The position numbers and the translations under genes are program-made. Below, piece by piece: positions 15,072-29,785 of a stretch of 64,000 bases of DNA. The notes below the pieces were generated by a model that was not told the DNA's origin, did no database searches, and saw only the letters and a list, made by a program, of their open reading frames with translations. The DNA is from the human T2T-CHM13v2.0 reference genome, Homo sapiens. The DNA lies in NCBI RefSeq assembly GCF_009914755.1, contig NC_060930.1; one strand, 5' to 3'. The number at the start of each line of letters is the position of its first letter. The first letter of the stretch is position 1.

Positions 15072-15168
15072 CTTAATGGTATTCTTTCAGAGCTGGAGCA
15101 ATAAACATTAAGGGACCTTAATTGTATTCTTTGCAGTGGGAGCAATAAACATTAGGGGCCCTATTGTA
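15072..15168. repeat. Degenerate tandem duplication (about 44-bp unit, about 2.2 copies)
   Basis: Identical 16-mer GGAGCAATAAACATTA at 15095 and 15139, with CTTAAT(G/T)GTATTCTTT preceding each. Confidence 0.9.
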
Positions 15169-18100
15169 CCCTGTTCCAAAATGTCCCCCAAGCCCAATTT
15201 GGGAAGTGTCTTGAGATATAGCTCTAATTTCAAATCCTCTCTCCCATTCCATGTATTTTGAAATTGGGAGACTGAACAAAAACAATGAAACGAAATTAAT
15301 AGGCATACTGCCACATAGCAGCCCCTCATATTATTTACCTGACGCATCAGGGCCCTAATAGTGGGGGGGAAAAAAGATGCTGAGTGATCTGACTTATTTT
15401 TCTATGGTGACAACTTTTGATAAACTGCAGCTACTAGCCACAGAGTCACAGGGGTAAAATTGTTCACCTGGTACATAGAGAAGATCCATGGCACAAAGGA
15501 TTAAGTTGCCTTGAAGACTGAGAAGACTGTGGGATTTTAAGTTGAATCAAACATGAGGTGATAATTCATGATCATCTCTGACTCTATTTCATCTACATAT
15601 TTCTGTTTTTGCTTTTTTTTTTTGGTGAAACTGTATGCTAAAATAACAAATTTCCCATGAAATTACAGGAGTCCCATTTTACCATTTGTAACATCAGATG
15701 TTCAACATGCTATCAAGGAAGAAAGACAGTTTTAAAATTATTTTCTTAAGATCTCCACTGGTCACATTCATTTCAGCGAGTCGTTAGACTGTATTGATTT
15801 TGCCTGAATTAATGGTACACTTGTTTTACTCATTTTGTTATTCTAATTTTGCTCTCCTCTCTTTTTCACAATTCTGTGAGTCTCAGGTATTGGCCTGTGA
15901 ACTGGTGTTATGATAGTATATCATTTAAAATGATAACCCCATCATTTCTTCCATAGCATATTTTGTCATAATTCCCAATACATGAGATATTTAGCTAAGG
16001 TAAAGTGCACATGGAAAATTTAGAGAGGAATTGTCATCAGGGTGAAATGCTGTGTACTACGCAGAAGGCTTCTGGTTTGGGGTTCTGAACAATCAAAATT
16101 AAATAGACATAAATGCAATTAATGATATTACGTGAAAAGTTTGATACTATGTCCGTTTAACTTCTAGCCTTTATTCTAGCTTGGGAAGTTTTGTTTCCTT
16201 TTATTTTAACATAATTTTAACTTCCTACCACAATAGGGAATGAGCCTGTGAGTAGATTTAGCAAAGAAAGTAGAAATAAATTCCTGTTGATTATTTTATT
16301 TAACACTGTGGTTTCTCTCACAAAGACATTTAATTTCAAAGTGTTTTGACTTGGCCACAGCCATAATTGTGCATAATATCCATTATCTTTTAATTGGAAT
16401 TATCTTTTATCTTTGGCTACATTTATCTGAGGATCCCTTCAGAAAGCCCACCAGAAGCTTAAATTCCAATTTGTTCTCTCAGCTTGACTAATGATGAAAA
16501 GTATCAAAAATGACTATTATGTGTTTATAAATCACCTCTTTTATTCTGATGCAGTTCTGGGATTTTATGCTGTTAAGTACCATTTCTCTGTGGAATGTAA
16601 ATGCAAAAGCAACAACAACAAATTCAGCATAAACAATGGCGCAAAATGAGAAAGAACAAAAAGTCTTTAAAGGAAGCATCACAAAAGCAAAGTTTGAACA
16701 GAGAACAGCAGAAAATATCGATGAGAAAATATATTTCCCACAGATTAAAAAAAAGTATGAGTCAGAAATAGTCCCCATTTGCTTAGCATCTAACAGTTCT
16801 ATTTGGAAAAGCATAGAATCTGTGGCACAAAAGCAAATATATCTTAATTGGGCTCACTTGCATCCACCTGCTACAGTTCCTTTTTAGTCACACTGAATTT
16901 GTCTAACAACACTTGTTTACATTCCCTTGCTAGCACATTAGCATTTATTTCATTTCATAAAATAAGAAATATGGCCAGTTTAAAATGTTGAAGATACAGT
17001 GGCCAAGAAACTTAAGGTCAGCTTGTGGAACACAGCAATCAACTTGGACTTCTCATTGTGAAATATTACTCTTAGATCATCACATGCTACCAAACGTCCT
17101 CGATTAATTGAAACATTCATCCAACAATTATTTATTGAACAGCTGCTGTGTGCCAGACAATCTGCTAGGAACTCAGATGAAAAGTGCACCAGGCATTGTG
17201 GCAGCTCCCTTTACCGCAGCTTTTGTCTGTTTCAGTTCCTCAACACTACCTCCCACCGCCCCATCCAGGTCTGCGCAAAACAGTTGCAAGTCCTCTTGAC
17301 TGAGCTCTGAATCTACACAAGCAAAGATGATATGCCACCCCCAACATGCCATCAATATTACGTCCCCCACAGCCTCTAAGGCATGAACTTAGTGGCTCAT
17401 TGATGTTCGTGGAGCTTCTGCATTGTTTCCTCTATCCCTTTTATTATCAAATGGACCCAATATCTACTGCTGCCAGTAAAGTATACAGGCACTTGCGAAA
17501 CTGCTGTGACTTTTAGGGCAGTAACTGGGCTGAGCCTCTGGATCTCATAGAGAGCACTTCGATGGGACTATGAGGCTTGACATAGTTTTGCCTTATTGTG
17601 AGAATAGACATAACTTCCTCTGTTGCCAAGAGATGGACTCAGGTCCAGGATTGCTGTCTTTCTTTCAGTCTCTTCACTTCCTGACAGCCAGACACCTTCT
17701 GATGTATTCAGACATGATCAAAGAAGGCCCCATTACCCCTTCCAGCCACATTTTTGAATACTGTGTCTATCATCCCCAGCACAGTATGGTACTACAAAGT
17801 CCATTTCCTAATCATAGCCCAGGTAAATGATATCTCCTCACTCATCTTGTGTATTGATCTTTATCCCTCATTCTTCAAAATGTGAGTGAACATCCCAGCA
17901 TAACTGAACTTTCTCATAATATACCTATGATTTTCTGCTCATCCGTCCTATCACATTTCAAAGGAAGACATTTAACAACTTGCGTTGTCCCCAAATCAGA
18001 ATTCATCCTTCTGTATTACCAAATTGACTGAGTATCTAAGCCTCACTTCCAACCCAGAGGTTTTACCTGTTTATCTAATCCCAGTGACCCCTGTATAGAC

Positions 18101-18529
18101 TGCAAGACTGCCCGGAGCTCTGGTTGGATAATTGAGGACTTGCTTCTTGTGATCTGAGGTCTCAGATGGTAAGCATCTGCCTGCTTCCCCATGCAACTAA
18201 GTGTCACCTGCATATGAGAATATCTTAATATCTTCCTATATCTTGATACCTCATTATCTCACCTTGGCAGCCATGGTGCTTTACATGATCTCAAGTTTGG
18301 CAGACTAATGTCCTCTCTTGACACCGTGATTTTCTGCTCAGCTCTATCTCCCCATACTGATTCACTAACTGATCAGTCCACTTAGTCTTTTTTTGACCTA
18401 ACATATAGGTCTTGTTTTCTTCCCAACTACTTCCTTTTTTCTACATGGTCTGCAGCAGATTACTTCACTATGTTTAAGTCCTAAGACATAAATTTTTGAG
18501 CAGCAAAATGTTTTTTGCCTCCTTCACTT

Positions 18530-19020
18530 AGTTAGATCAGTTAAGGTACTTTTATAGCCAGACAACAAACCTTGACTCAGATGTCTTAAATAAGAAAAAA
18601 TTATTATTTCACATTAATGATTCTGGAGGTAGGGTAATTCCAAGTTTGGTTATTTCAACAGTTCAGGGATGTCAAGAAACTACATCCTTTCCATCTTCCT
18701 GTTCTGCTCTCTAAGCATGTGGACTTGCCCTCAGGGGTGTGTTCCTTATGGTTAGGAGTTGTCTGTCTCAGTTTCAGGTACCACAATGACATCCAAGACA
18801 GAAAAATAAGAATGTTACTTTCACTGCATATATTTCCTCCATGAGGAAAACCTTTCCCAGCAGTCCCTCAGAAGATATCTGTTACAGAATCATTGATTAT
18901 ATTTTCTCCTTATGCCCTTGCCAAAATCAATTATTGGTAAAGGGAATGGGATTATAGTAATTGGCTTTAATTAATCATAATCCAGTCAGTAGGTCTAGGT
19001 AGGGAACTAGCTCTCCATAA
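18530..19020 (-). mobile_element. Old MLT1 (K/L-like) LTR fragment
   Basis: GACTCAGATGTCTTAAATAAGAAAA...CCTTTCCATCTTCCTGTTCTGCT...AAAACCTTTCCCAG pattern; boundaries approximate. Confidence 0.5.
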
Positions 19021-19372
19021 AGCACATGGAGGTCCAATGCAGAACTAAACTTCTCTTATCAAGAAACAAGGAAAGTCATGCCTGTTGGTTAGTCAGCCAA
19101 GCACACCTGCCACATTAATTATCCACATACATGCTGTGGAGCAGAAACGAAAGGTCTGCCTGCCCACTTTTCAATGGCACGGGACTCTCAGTCCCTCCGG
19201 GGTTTGTTCACACAGTTGTTGGTTACACCCCATGCCACATGAAGAGTCCTTCCTTTTCAACCCTCTCTCAAAGCCTGAGGAGTAAGGCACATGCTGTAAT
19301 TCTTGATAGAAGCAGCGAGGGTTACCTGTTTTCTTATCATTTTATTGTTAAATGCAGCAAAAGAAATTTTCC

Positions 19373-19648
19373 ATTTATTTTATTTTATTTTATTTTAAGA
19401 CAAACTCTTACTGTGTTTCCCAGGCTGGAGAGCAGTGGTGTGATCTCAGCTTACTGCAACCTTTTCCTCCCAGGTTCAAGTGATTCTCCTGCGTGCCCAG
19501 GCCTCCAGAGTAGCTGGGATTACAGGGGCTGAGTCACCACGCCAGGCTAATTTTTGTATTTTTAGCAGAGACATGGTTTCACCATGTTGGCTAGGCTGGT
19601 CTTGAACTCTTGACCTCAATTGATCTGCCCACTTTGGCCTCCCAAAGC
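19373..19648 (-). mobile_element. Alu (AluS-type) with (TTTTA)n tail, slightly 5'-truncated
   Basis: CCCAGGCTGGAGAGCAGTGG...GGCCTCCCAAAG. Confidence 0.93.
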
Positions 19649-20628
19649 TTCTGTTTCTTAAAGTATTTTATTTCCATAACAGTAATAAAGGAAGGTGGTT
19701 ACTTAAAATTTGGCTGGAGAGATATGTTACTTGAGCAGGTCAATGAATAGGCTGGAAAGAGGAGTAGAGAAGGAGAAGGGTGAGACAAAAATTAATAAAT
19801 AACTCAATATTTCAATTTGATATAAGGTTCTTAATACCACGCCTGAGACATAGTACATGCTCAATAAATGCTTGGAGCAGAAAGGAAGAAAGGGGGAGTG
19901 TTTCACCAGAATTCCACAATAAGTTTTCAAATATAATCAATTTCATTAGGTAATCCAGATTTGATTGGGTTGTAAGGATTAAAGTGATCCAAAAGTACAA
20001 CTAGTCTTATAAATAAAGTTTGTTGATTTCCAATAGGGGCACACTCCTTCTGAGTGATGTAGACAACTGTCTTAAATTCATAGCCATTGTTTTTCCTTTG
20101 GAAAAGAACCTAGAAATAGGGGTATTTTGAAGTAAGTATGAAATCAAATCATTCTAGAAGATTATTTGCTTCTTTACACTATAGGAAATATTGATTAACC
20201 GTCCTATCAACATCTCAGAAGAAGGCAAAAGTAAGTGGATATATCTCAGCACGGAGAACAATGCCAACAGCAGAGTAAGGAGGAAAGTTAGAGACAGTGG
20301 AACTGGGATACTTAACAACATGGCTGTAGATTCAAGGCCAACACCTCACAGAATGTTATGCAGTTCCTTCATTATTTTTGCTTTGAAATAAGAATGGCAT
20401 TATTTGTTTATTTAGCAATGTTTTTGAAATTAACATTCACTTACCTGTATATGTATACTTATATGTGTGTGTGTATATCTATGTATATATAATACTTGTT
20501 TCTAAACATGTTTTATAAACATCTTCAAACAAAAGCAAAGCTGACAAAATGTTATGACAAATACCTGTACATTCTCCATCTAGGTTCATCAGTAGTTAAC
20601 ATTTTGGAAAATATAAATGCATACTCAT

Positions 20629-20663
20629 ACACACACACACACACACACACACACATGCACACA
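20629..20663. repeat. (CA)n microsatellite
   Basis: Direct read of the AC repeat run. Confidence 0.95.
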
Positions 20664-20700
20664 TACTCTACATAAGTATGTTAAGACTTATAATACTCCT

Positions 20701-21094
20701 TGTCTTAGTCTGTTTCTGTTGCTACAGCAAAATGCTTTCGACTGGGTAATGTATAAATAACACTAACTTACTTCTCACAATTTTGGAGGCTGGAAGTCCA
20801 AAATCCAAGTGCCACCAAGCTCAGTGTCTGGGGAGGGCCTGGTCTCTGCTTGCAAGGTGAGGACTTCGTGTGTTCTCCGGAGAAGATGAACGCTTTCATC
20901 TCGCCCAGCAGAAGAGCTAGAAGAACAAATAGGGCATAGCTACTTCCCTCAAGCCCTTTTTTATAAGGGTACTAATTCATTCATGAGGAGTAAAACCCTC
21001 CTGATTTAATCATTCTAAAGGCCCCATCTTTTAATACTGTAACTTGAGTCTCAAAATATGAATTTTGAGGGACACATACATTCTAGCCATGGCA
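20701..21094 (-). mobile_element. MST/MLT1A-type MaLR solo LTR, nested in old L1M fragments (about 20500-21600)
   Basis: TGTCTTAGTCTGTTTCTGTTGCTA...GGAGGCTGGAAGTCCAA...ACATTCTAGCCATGGCA. Confidence 0.85.
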
Positions 21095-22919
21095 CTTTCG
21101 AATACTCCAGCATGCATCTCCAAAAAATACATTTTTCTAGAAAACCAAAATGCCATTATCAAATTTAGAAAAACTAACAGTGACTCCTTAATGTCCTCTA
21201 TTATCCAAACCCATTTAGCCTACATATGTCACCCTAAACTTGGATAAGTTCACACACTGCATTAGATTGTCTTGTTCCTTAAATGTCTTTAAATTTCTCC
21301 TGCACAACCATCTTTTTATTTTTCTCATAATATTGTCCTTTGGACAGCCTAAAACTTTTTGTTTTGTGTAATGTACTATGTTTGGGTTTTATCTGATTAC
21401 TTTCTCATCGTGCTGTTTAATTTGTTTCTTTATCCCCTATATATCTTGTTAACCAGAAGTTAAGTCTGAGTGCTTAATTAGATTCAAATTAAACATCATT
21501 GTGTATACATTATATTGCATTGCTTTATGAGCTGCATAATTTCAAGTTGTCCCACTATTAGTTATGCTAACTTTGAACTTTTGGCTAAGGTCTGATTTTC
21601 AAATTTTCCTATTGCAAAAAAAATTTTAAAAATTATTTTATACAGAATATATATTGAATAATTTTGAACAGTTATTTTTTGTTAGGCTTACTTTTTCAAA
21701 AAATTAACCCCTTTCAATTTATAATTCATTATCATGAAGATTTTTTATATTTATAGCAAGAGTACATGGTGTTCACCATGAATATGGCTATTTTTAAAAT
21801 GGTTTTAAATGTGGCTTGTATTTTTATTCTCTAAAATATTTAGTGTGGTAATTTTATCTTTTGAAATAGGTCTCTTGCATTACGGAGATTGATTTTCTTG
21901 TTTGGGAGAAGACATTAGTAGTTTTAGCAGTTTCTCATTGACTCGTGGCTATTATTCTGCTAAAAAAGTGAACTGGCGAAGTGAGTGGTTGGTGTACTAC
22001 CCGGTTCTTTCAGCAGGATCCTCATTTCAGCAGGAGGGCTGCATTGAGCAGTTACCACACCAATTGCTCAACCTGCCAAAATATAAATTATAAGGGGAAA
22101 AAGTAGAAAAGTGAGTCAGAATTTTAGTTGTGAAAATATATGTAATTTGAATTCTGAGGGAAAATAATTTTAATCAAGAGAAAAATATAAATCTAAATTT
22201 CTGTATAAGGAGGTTAAAACCAAGACAATTGTGGGGTTCTTCCTGTGAGATTTCTCCATAATATGAACAATGTATACACTTCCATAGGAAAATGCTAACC
22301 AAATAAATAAATGCTCAAACATTTTTACTTATATAGATATTCACAATTTAGTTTAAATAATAGGATTGTACCTTTTATTATTATTATCTTACCATTTGGC
22401 AGTGTTTAGTTTTCTTCTTTGGAAAATGTATTACAAGTAATATAATTACAAAGTTTATTCAAAAACGCAAAATTATGATGCTGATATCAAATATTCTTGA
22501 TGTGCCTGGTAGACTTGATTTGAGGATGAAAATATCTTACTCAAAGATACCTGCTTCTTTTAACTTCCTGGCCTCATGATTCAGCCTTTATACTAAGTTT
22601 TTATCAGCTGTGTTTGTCATCTCTAAGGGTGAACACTGTGTAAAATATAAAGTAAGAAAGTATGGGTGGGAATTCCTCTTCACACCTTTGTCTCTACATA
22701 GCTTTTTAACTTTTACTATTTTAAAGTGGTTGTTAAATTTGCTGAAGTCAAATTCTTCCTCTAGAAGTGGTTTATGTTTTGAGAAACAGTTCTAAAAGAT
22801 CATATCAAGCTATATTATGCTAAGAACACAGATATGCTTCCAAGAGAAAACCACAAATTACTGGTCATTCATATTCAGAAGATAGTGTTAAACATATTTA
22901 CTATAGAGAAAGTATGTAA

Positions 22920-23008
22920 ATAAAAGTAAGTTTATTTACATAAACTTACATAACTTTATTTTATTTATTTAAATAAACTTACATAAAAGTAAGTTTATTT
23001 GCATAAAC
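22920..23008. repeat. Compound direct plus inverted AT-rich repeat
   Basis: ATAAAAGTAAGTTTATTT(A/G)CATAAAC twice, with reverse-complement copies ATAAACTTAC between them. Confidence 0.85.
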
Positions 23009-24104
23009 ATTATTATGAAGTTCTTAATGTAATTTATATTGTCAGATATGTGCAAAACATTATCACAAATGGATTTCAACTTCAGCAGCATAGTAGCTTA
23101 ACACATCTATATGTATAAATCATGTACACCTATATGTATAAATATATAAATAACATGTATTTATACATCAATATGTATGAAACACAACTATATTTATAAA
23201 TCACATCTATAAGTACTGTTAGAAACAATCCCACTCATTTTGGTCTTAAGTTTTTAACAAATCCAATACCCTCCATCTGTGTACAATAATGAGGAAGACT
23301 GGCAGAGGCCTGGATTATATTGCTATATTTGGTCCAACGTCATGATTAGATTAATGGTGTAAATTTCTTTATTGTTATAGTTCTAGTAACAGACTTCCCT
23401 CTACTTCCGATGCCAGTACTGACTGACTTACTGTATAAGTAAAGCAGTACACTTTATTATTTTCTTTGTAATGGGATTTGCAATAATACCAATTTGTATC
23501 ACCTGAGTATTGTTGAGATTCATAAAATAACTATTGAAAAACGTTTTAATATACTTCATTGAAAAGAATGATAATAATTAGAATAACTGCTATGTGAATT
23601 CACATGTAATCTTTTTATATATTTTAGAAAATAAAATACGTTTATAAAAATTTTTAAATAATGTTACAAATGTTAAAAAAGATTATTTTACAAACACTAA
23701 AGTTATAAGCAATTGCAGCATTATTTTTTGGGGAGGTCACAATAATAAAGGGTAAAAAAACATGATGTGAAGCTTTAAAATTGAGATATTTCTATGTCTT
23801 AGTCTGCAAGACAGGATAGTTAGAAAAGTAGATGATGTCCTGGCAATCAAGTAAAAGCATTGTGGCATGTTTTAAGCTATAACACCATCCACCAACTTGT
23901 GCTAATTAGGGAGACTGATGGCAAATAGGCAAACTGATGTAATTATATGTTATGTGACAAGTCCAGAGAAATAGATTGGATTCAGGCAGTGTTCTGTGTG
24001 AAACCTTACTTCTTAGATCTGCTAGTATGAGTTTCAGAATTTTGACTGCAAATGCAATTTTGGTCCTCTTGGTTCACATTCATACACTTAATAGTCCCTG
24101 AAGC

Positions 24105-24305
24105 TTTCCTCCTTCCCTCTCTTCATACCTCCTTCCTTCCTTCCTCTCTGCCTTCCTTCCTTCCTTCCTTCCTTCCTTCCCTCCCTCCCTCCCTTCCTTC
24201 CCTCCCTCCCTCCCTCCTTCCCTCCCTCTCTTCCTTCCTTTCTTGCTTTCTTCCTTCCATCCATCATTCCTTTGCTTTCTAACTTCTTCCCTTCGCCCTC
24301 CTTGC
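24105..24305. repeat. Polypyrimidine (CCTT)n/(CCCT)n tract
   Basis: Direct read. Confidence 0.95.
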
Positions 24306-26749
24306 TTTCTACTTATGACTTTATGAATGCAAAAGTATTTGTAGAAGAACTAAACATTTATTACAGGATAAATAATATGCAGCTAACTAAAATGAACCCA
24401 AACATATAATGACACATTTAAAATAATATGCAGGCCTAATGGCAAGTTATATTTAATAGAACCAACCATTATATAACATGTAAATATTATCTATATAAGA
24501 TCCATCAATATCTTGGGATGAGTATTTCAGCCTATTTTAATATATATTTTTCTTTGTAAAAAAGAAAAAAATAAGTGTTTGAAATTAAAAAGCCGTCTAT
24601 TAGTGTAACTGAGGACATAAATGTTGATCTACAATGAAGAAAGCCTTTTATCAATAGTTAAAAAAATATATTCAGTCTTGGAAAATTGCAGAGATTCATT
24701 TGGGAGTGGAAAGGTCAGAAGCCTATTTCTGTACACCTTGCCTAACATGGTCCCTAACAATATTTTTATGTAGGCAAATTAAGAATCAAACTGTATGTGA
24801 ATATTTCAGGTTACATAGATTAGGTACCACTAAATTATATAAATCATAATTCTACTTAACATGAAAAAAATGTTTCTCTATCATTTTTCCTCTGCTCATT
24901 CTGCCACACCCATCTCGCTAATTAAGTTCCTTAACCTTGAAGATAATGATATTGCAGATTTTTTTAGGAAGAAATAAATTTGAGGATAAATTTACATCAT
25001 ATTAAATGAAAACTGTACTTCTGAGAATAACCTTGAAAAGGACCATAATATTTGCTACTGCAGATGAATAAGGTTATTTGAAGAAAGAGATGAGTGTAGT
25101 GGCAGGAAATAAAGTAAAAATATGATATTTGTCACTGTCCTTGGATTTTTGTCTAAGCCCCTAATTACAGATATAAAACCTGATAAAGATCATGTTTTAA
25201 TGTTTTAAGGTTTTCCTGTGAGAAACAATATACAACTTTATTCTTACATACTAGAATATATCTATAATTTTGTAGAATACTGCCCTTATCTGAAGATTAA
25301 ATAAGCTTTTTTGAAAACAAAACAAAGCAAACCTTATAACTTATAGAAAAGTGTGCTTTATTTCTCACATAGATAAATATTCCAACTCAAATATAGCAGT
25401 CTGCATTAAGGAGAAATTTTAAAATCTACACAAATTGTAGGACTCTGGGTTATTATTATATTAAATCAACAAAAATCATGCTGTATTTGGCTATTCTTAT
25501 TACTAGATGTTCATTACTAGACATGCATGTTTTAACTTAAAATGACTTGATGTTGAGGTATAATGAGTGAATGAAATGTCACAAATACAAAATAAGTATT
25601 TCAGTATAAAAAGTTATACATTTGAAATGCATCTGTTCCCTTTAACATCTATCATTGTTTCTCCAATGTTTAATAAAATAATAATCTTTAGGTCTCTGTC
25701 TCACATTTACACAGGACTTTACAATGATCTTTATCTTCTCAGTAGTAACAGATCAACTATCAGCCCCTAATATTTACACCCCTCTGGAGACCCACCAGCA
25801 ATGACAGAAGGCAGACTAATGCTATGCAGCCAGGAGCACAACATAAGCAAACAAAATAATTAGATCTGTGAAATATAAAGTTGATCCTAGGAAACGATTT
25901 TAAAAATGCCCCTTCTAGCTTGGAGAAAGGGCAACTGTGTCACTGCCTGTTATCTTCCCAGCCTGCCCACATTTCCATCTTCCACCTTTCACCAAAATCC
26001 ACATTCTGGTGTTTTTGGAGATCCTGAGACTTACCAAGGCTTGATGATTTCTGCAATTAAGGATTTCTTCAAATCAGTTGCAGTCTTATCTGATTACGTG
26101 TCTTGGAGGATTATGAAGGCTTAATAATTTGGACTGGATTAACCGAGAACACTCAGCAGACACCACGGAACTTTTTCATGCCTCTTCAGATGGCAGCTTA
26201 CCAGAAGTATGATGAGTGATTTCATGGCAGCTAATCAATAAAAATTCTCCCCCAAAACGTTGAGCACTTGTTTTCAAAATGGCTTTGAAGACAGTTTTAA
26301 AAATCATAGAGTACATGGACAATTCTTTAGAAACAAAAAAACCAGAAGTGTAAATATCCTATGTCTAAATAGTGACAATTTATAAATCAGAGTATTTTAT
26401 CTTTCTACTTTGACAAATATATCTTCATAATGACAATATCAGAAAAATTTGATTTAGCTGTAGTATTTACATAACATTGTCAGCAAATTTTCTTGTCTTA
26501 TCTCAGCAAAATAATAATCTTGATATAATAAAGGCTTTAGTAAATTAGTGTTCTATTGGTACTAATGGTCTAAGAAATTAACAAGAAAATATAATTTTAT
26601 TCCAAATGCATAAATTTTGAATATATTTATCAATAATGTAAATTAAAGTAAATGTAATAAATCAAAAACTATTTTCAATAAGTTTTCTCTTAAATATTCA
26701 GAATTTATCTATGCAAAATATAAATTATAATTATTGAATACCAAATTTT

Positions 26750-27081
<332 letters not shown>

Positions 27082-29488
27082 TCATAAAACATAAAACTAT
27101 TCACAGTTGTAGCACATTCCATTAGTTGACATTGTAAGAAAGTGGTCTCACAATGCATGCTTGTTAAATCGACACCAACATACATACAAATTCAAGACTC
27201 ATAAGAATTTTTTAACATTGCAAAATGTTTCTCAGCTGCCATGTGCATGATGTGCTAATTGTTTAGTGTTCTGGAACCATGAATTGGAATGTGAACAGAA
27301 GCAAGAAAATGGACACTCAGCACCACTGGGAAACAATACCTTGTCATGATAAAATCTCTTGCATTCCTGCTATCTGAGAGAAGGATTTGACAAGTTAATT
27401 TGAATTTCCTTAGGTAAGCACATCTGCGGCTCCAATTCTCCCTGCCATTTGAAATACTGTCCATCTCTAAATTGGGCAGCAATAGAAGCCACGAGCCTTC
27501 ACGACATTCCGACATCGTCACCTTTTGTTTGAAAGAAGGCAAAAGAAGTACGACAGTGTATCCTTGGATTCTGAAAGCCCTTAGTCATGAGTCACAGGTT
27601 ATGCTGTTGCCAGTGCCGACTGTTTGATCCTGAGTAGTAGGGGCATCTGTAGTCTTTAATACATTTATTTCCTATAGATATGTGACACTTGAGACCCTAT
27701 AAAACAGGATTTGACAAGGGCTTCCCTTGCCACTGTCTATAGTGGTCCTGCTTCAGTACAAATCTCCGTGATAATTTAAATGGCTTCCTAAGGCACGTAC
27801 AGAAGAACAGTGTCATGTATATGAATATGGATCTATATGAAGCTATATGTATATACATGAACACGTATATCTGTACGTATGAAATGTATTTATACCTACT
27901 ATGAAATGGGTTTTTCATTGTTTTAGGAGTAAGAGAAAATACTACTTGGAGAATCAGAAAGTGTTGAACATCTTTCCTAGGAATTAAGAGTAAGAATAAG
28001 GAAGGGGAAAGGGAATAAGAGAAGAATATGCTTCTGGTTGAGTTTTTGTTTTAGCACAAAGATACAATAATAGAGAATTTGAGTCATGAGTTTAGAGACA
28101 ATATAATCCATGACACTAGAGTTATATCCATTTACCTTCTTGAGATTTGTACAGGTATAACTATCTAATTATACAATTGCTACACAAGAAGTCACTGTGA
28201 TTGGAAAGATGGGAAAGACGATCAGAAGCATTTCTCTTTGAAATCTATATAATAGAAAAACAGAGGTCTCAGTCTCTAATGCTTATGGTACTTATCACAC
28301 TTATACCAACTGTGTATGTGTGTGTATAGGAAATACTTGAAGAGAAAGGCTCAAAAATGTTTCAGCTCCCGACTCAGCAGGACCATGATGGTCATTTATT
28401 ACTATTGCCGGTCCTGGTCACAGCAGACAGAGGGTGGCATTCTTGTGGGGGTTTTGCTGGACCGTTGTATTTTAGCAGAAAAATTAGATGCACAGGTCCT
28501 GCTGTGGAAGAAACCAAATGGCAGCAGGCTGTATAAGGGAATGTACAGATGGGGGTCATGAAAAATTGGAGAGTGTTTCTCAGAACCTGCTGCTGCAGCT
28601 TTGGTTGGGAAAAGGATGTGAAAGAAATTATGAGATGGAAGTTGAAGGTAGATGGCAGGGTAGCTGGTATAAATGAGTGAATGAATTTAAAGTAGAATGA
28701 ACCTTTTAAAAAATTATCCAATCCAAGCTGCATTTTTTACCTCTAGGTTTATTAAATCTGAAAGCATCCCAAGATCTTTGGGGGATGGCATTTTTGCCAA
28801 TATTTGCATGTTCATGAAACATCGCAAGTAAAAACCAATAGTTTAATATTATATTGGGGAGGCTAAGCATTCAAATAGGTGAACAGGGATTAGCTACCTT
28901 CTGATTATAAAGAGGGCTCTTACAGCTTAATCCCCAAGAGCTATTTGCTCCAGTGTTTTTAATGGCCCTTAATAGCTCAAGCCTGAATAGAACACATATG
29001 CATGTATTTATATTTGTATTGATACATATTTCATGTATCAATTTCTATTCCCTAGCTGGAATTTGTACTGTGAATTACTATAATACTCTTTTGTCTAAAA
29101 TGTAATTATCTAAGTATGTGTTCTGGGAGATGGCATAGCTAGACTCATAGAGCACCAATTCACAAGCATTTAATTTTTGTTTTTAATAGGATACTATGAG
29201 AAAAAGGATCTCTCTCCCTCTGGAAGAGGGACGCAGTACTCACGCGTAAGTGGTACTTTCAGAATTGGAATATTATTGCCAGCTCCTTTGGGTACCTCAT
29301 TAAGTATTTCTAGTACTACAGGGTAGTTTTGCCCTCCAATATGACCCTTAAATATATCCTATTAGTAAATCACAGGCTAAGAAGTCATGCAATTTGAACC
29401 TAAAGTGACTATGCAACGTTAAATAATGCCATCAAGACGCAGTCTTAATTTTTGCAAAGATGTTGAAAACCTCTGTGAAGTATCCTCT

Positions 29489-29785
<297 letters not shown>

